Assembly: GCF_007748075.1 (NCBI RefSeq)
Contig: NZ_CP036280.1
Span: 1,080,001-1,112,000 of the forward strand
Length of the DNA stretch: 32,000 bases
Origin: Mucisphaera calidilacus
Lineage (GTDB): Bacteria; Planctomycetota; Phycisphaerae; Phycisphaerales; Phycisphaeraceae
Reading direction: 5' to 3'
Below, in pieces: positions 30,391-32,000 of this stretch. The notes under the pieces are model-generated. The model made no database searches. It was given only the letters and a program-made list of their open reading frames with translations, and was not told the DNA's origin. The translations under genes and the position numbers were made by a program. Numbering within the stretch: position 1 is the stretch's first letter; every line of letters begins with the position of its first letter.

Positions 30391-32000
30391 GGCTGGGAGA
30401 CCGCCGGGCACGTGGGGCCAGGGAGCTGAGCAGGCAGATAAGTACGCCGGGGGCGGGCTCGGGGATACGACTGCTGTCGTGGTTGAAATAGGACGCCAGC
30501 GTGCTCAGGTCGAGGAGATTGACAACGGTGTTGCCGCTGAAGTCACCGGAGGCCCAGCCGCCGCGTGTTTCGAAGGACTGCGCGAGCAGTGAGAGGTCGA
30601 GCAGGTCGACACGCCCATCGAGGTTAGCGTCGCCGTATTCCGTGTTGAGGATGTCACGGATCAGCATGTCGACGTCGGCGTGATTGACGATGCCGTCATG
30701 ACTGAGGTCGTACAGGGACGTTTCGGTGCCGAGATTCTCGAAGAGCAGGTCGATGTCGTCGGCATCCACCGTTCCGCTGGCGTCGAGGTCACCCGGGATG
30801 ACGCGGGTGTTCCAGGTGAGCGTGAGTGCGGAGCGTGCTTCGATGGTGTAGTCGAAGCGTGCGCCGGCGCGTTCGACCTCGAAGTGTTGCTCCTGCCATG
30901 TTGGGTTGTAGGCGATGAGTACCTCAGACGCGTCGGGGTTGACGAAGGCGACGGTTTCAACGACACCGTCGAAGGTGGTCGAGTCGATGCGGACTGCGCC
31001 GGGATCGATGAACTGGCTCACCTGGGCGAGCACGTAGTACTCGACTTCGCGTGTGATTTCGCCGCTCTGGCGGTCGATGGTGACGACACCTCGGCAGTTA
31101 CTGCAGCCCCCCAGGTGAGGGCCTCGGTTCTCGTCGAGCGCCAGGTTCCAGTAGAGAATGGTCTGGGACCAGTTGCGGAGTCCGCCGACGATGATGTTCT
31201 CGAAAGCCCAGATCAGGCTGTCGCCGAAGTCGGGCGCGAAATCACCGCCGGTGATCTCGGTGAAGTAGATGCCCTTGTCGGGCTTGAAATCGTGGAGGCG
31301 TGATTGATTCTCCACAGAGCCGGCGTAGCCGTGGAACGCCGTGCCGTCGATGTAGCCGCTGGCCTCGGGGTCGTTGAGGACGGTCAGGGCGTAGTTCCAC
31401 TCGTCCCAGTTATGGTCGTAGGCAAGGATCTTGGTATTGATACCCGATGACTCGAAGAGCGGTCCCAGGTGGTCGCCGATAAAAGTGCTCTGTTGATAGG
31501 TGGGCATCAACATTGATGGATAGGACGGGGTCGTGTGGAGGGGCTCGTTCTGAACCGTGACCGCATCAATCGCCAGGCCGTATCCGCTGTAGCCCTCCAC
31601 GAAACGACGGAAATACGCGGCGTAGGCCTCGTAGGACGACGACTTGAGTGATCCGCCATAGAGCGAATTGTTCGTCTTCATCCATGCGGGCGCACTCCAT
31701 GGCGACCCCATCAATTTGAGGTTTGGATTGATTGACTTGGCTTGCTGGAGTGCCGGTATCCGGTGCTCGAGGTCAGGTTCGAGCGAGAAGTGTGTCTGGG
31801 TCGGGTCTGTCTGGCCGGGCTGCAGGTCGTTGTAAGTGTAATGGGAGGTCGAAAAGTCGCTGGCCCCCATCGGGAGGCGAAGGTAGCTCAGCCCGATCCC
31901 CTCAGAAGTCGAGAAGAGTTCATTCATGAGCGCGTTGCGCTGCTGCTCGGTCAGGTTACTCATCAGCAACTGCGCCGAAGCATCCGTCATGGCTGCGCCA
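30332..32000 (-). CDS. Glycoside hydrolase family 30 (glucosylceramidase-like) with dockerin-like repeats and PEP-CTERM tail; 5' end beyond the window
   Basis: The frame stays open to the window edge (..AAMTDASAQLL is the conserved GFGAA.T..S region, so the true start is upstream). GH30 catalytic motifs VQNEPLH and IYFTEITGG are present. Dockerin-like GDLDASGTVDADDIDLL.., EYGDANLDGRVDLLDLSLLAQSF..GGWASGDFSGNTVVNLLDLSTLASYFN follow. PEP-CTERM reads IPEPAPGVLICLLSSLAPRARRSP. The last 19 codons and the stop are encoded by element copy F. Confidence 0.85.
   Translation of the reverse strand, partial: GAAMTDASAQLLMSNLTEQQRNALMNELFSTSEGIGLSYLRLPMGASDFSTSHYTYNDLQPGQTDPTQTHFSLEPDLEHRIPALQQAKSINPNLKLMGSPWSAPAWMKTNNSLYGGSLKSSSYEAYAAYFRRFVEGYSGYGLAIDAVTVQNEPLHTTPSYPSMLMPTYQQSTFIGDHLGPLFESSGINTKILAYDHNWDEWNYALTVLNDPEASGYIDGTAFHGYAGSVENQSRLHDFKPDKGIYFTEITGGDFAPDFGDSLIWAFENIIVGGLRNWSQTILYWNLALDENRGPHLGGCSNCRGVVTIDRQSGEITREVEYYVLAQVSQFIDPGAVRIDSTTFDGVVETVAFVNPDASEVLIAYNPTWQEQHFEVERAGARFDYTIEARSALTLTWNTRVIPGDLDASGTVDADDIDLLFENLGTETSLYDLSHDGIVNHADVDMLIRDILNTEYGDANLDGRVDLLDLSLLAQSFETRGGWASGDFSGNTVVNLLDLSTLASYFNHDSSRIPEPAPGVLICLLSSLAPRARRSPSLTWSTAQPVQIVGHGQLSS

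Noticed and set aside
1-32000. Scan of intergenic regions for tRNA, rRNA, riboswitch or tmRNA-like structures, including a possible Zur box before the ZIP gene at 9306-9551.
   Set aside because: No cloverleaf-compatible segments, rRNA-like conserved blocks or recognisable Zur/Fur palindromes were seen. Only a weak ATCGTT-N34-AACGAT inverted repeat was found.

Overview
High-GC (~60%) bacterial chromosomal segment. Its gene content fits a Planctomycetota/PVC-type organism: PEP-CTERM tails, dockerin-like modules, a sulfatase+FGE pair, a DUF1559-like pseudopilin and an N-terminal 'LEPRVLLSA' motif; this taxon call is inference only. Positions 1-10.4 kb look like ordinary core genome. They hold a peptide-type ABC transporter (permease/SBP/permease), a PEP-CTERM metallophosphoesterase, FGE + arylsulfatase, a Cache/HAMP chemoreceptor and a ZIP metal transporter, with three hairpin+T-run terminators. 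Positions 10.4-30.4 kb form an accessory island. It is cut up by six co-oriented units of one IS-derived non-autonomous element family: three ~251-bp forms, 608-bp and 746-bp forms with internally deleted transposase remnants, and one pair of element ends bracketing a reverse-oriented membrane-protein gene. No catalytically intact transposase is present in the window. Between the elements lie AT-rich (~40% GC) single-gene cassettes (4-TM protein, exported ankyrin protein, degenerate pseudopilin), a tandem DUF1254/DUF1214 pair and an IS3 fragment. The island also holds a 2911-aa mosaic surface protein (LEPRVLLSA motif, dockerin-like, RTX, PKD-like, ~10 FN3, ~14 TSP3-type Ca repeats, a (GW)n tract, second RTX block, unassigned ~400-aa C-terminus). 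Its stop overlaps (ATGA) the start of a 305-aa unknown ORF. The best candidate for an undescribed system is twofold: this giant-protein/C-terminal PD-(D/E)xK-like module/coupled-ORF arrangement (polymorphic toxin-immunity-like), and the unusual co-oriented element-separated cassette array around it. The window ends inside a GH30 glycosidase gene whose PEP-CTERM tail reads into the last element copy. No rRNA, tRNA or CRISPR array was found.
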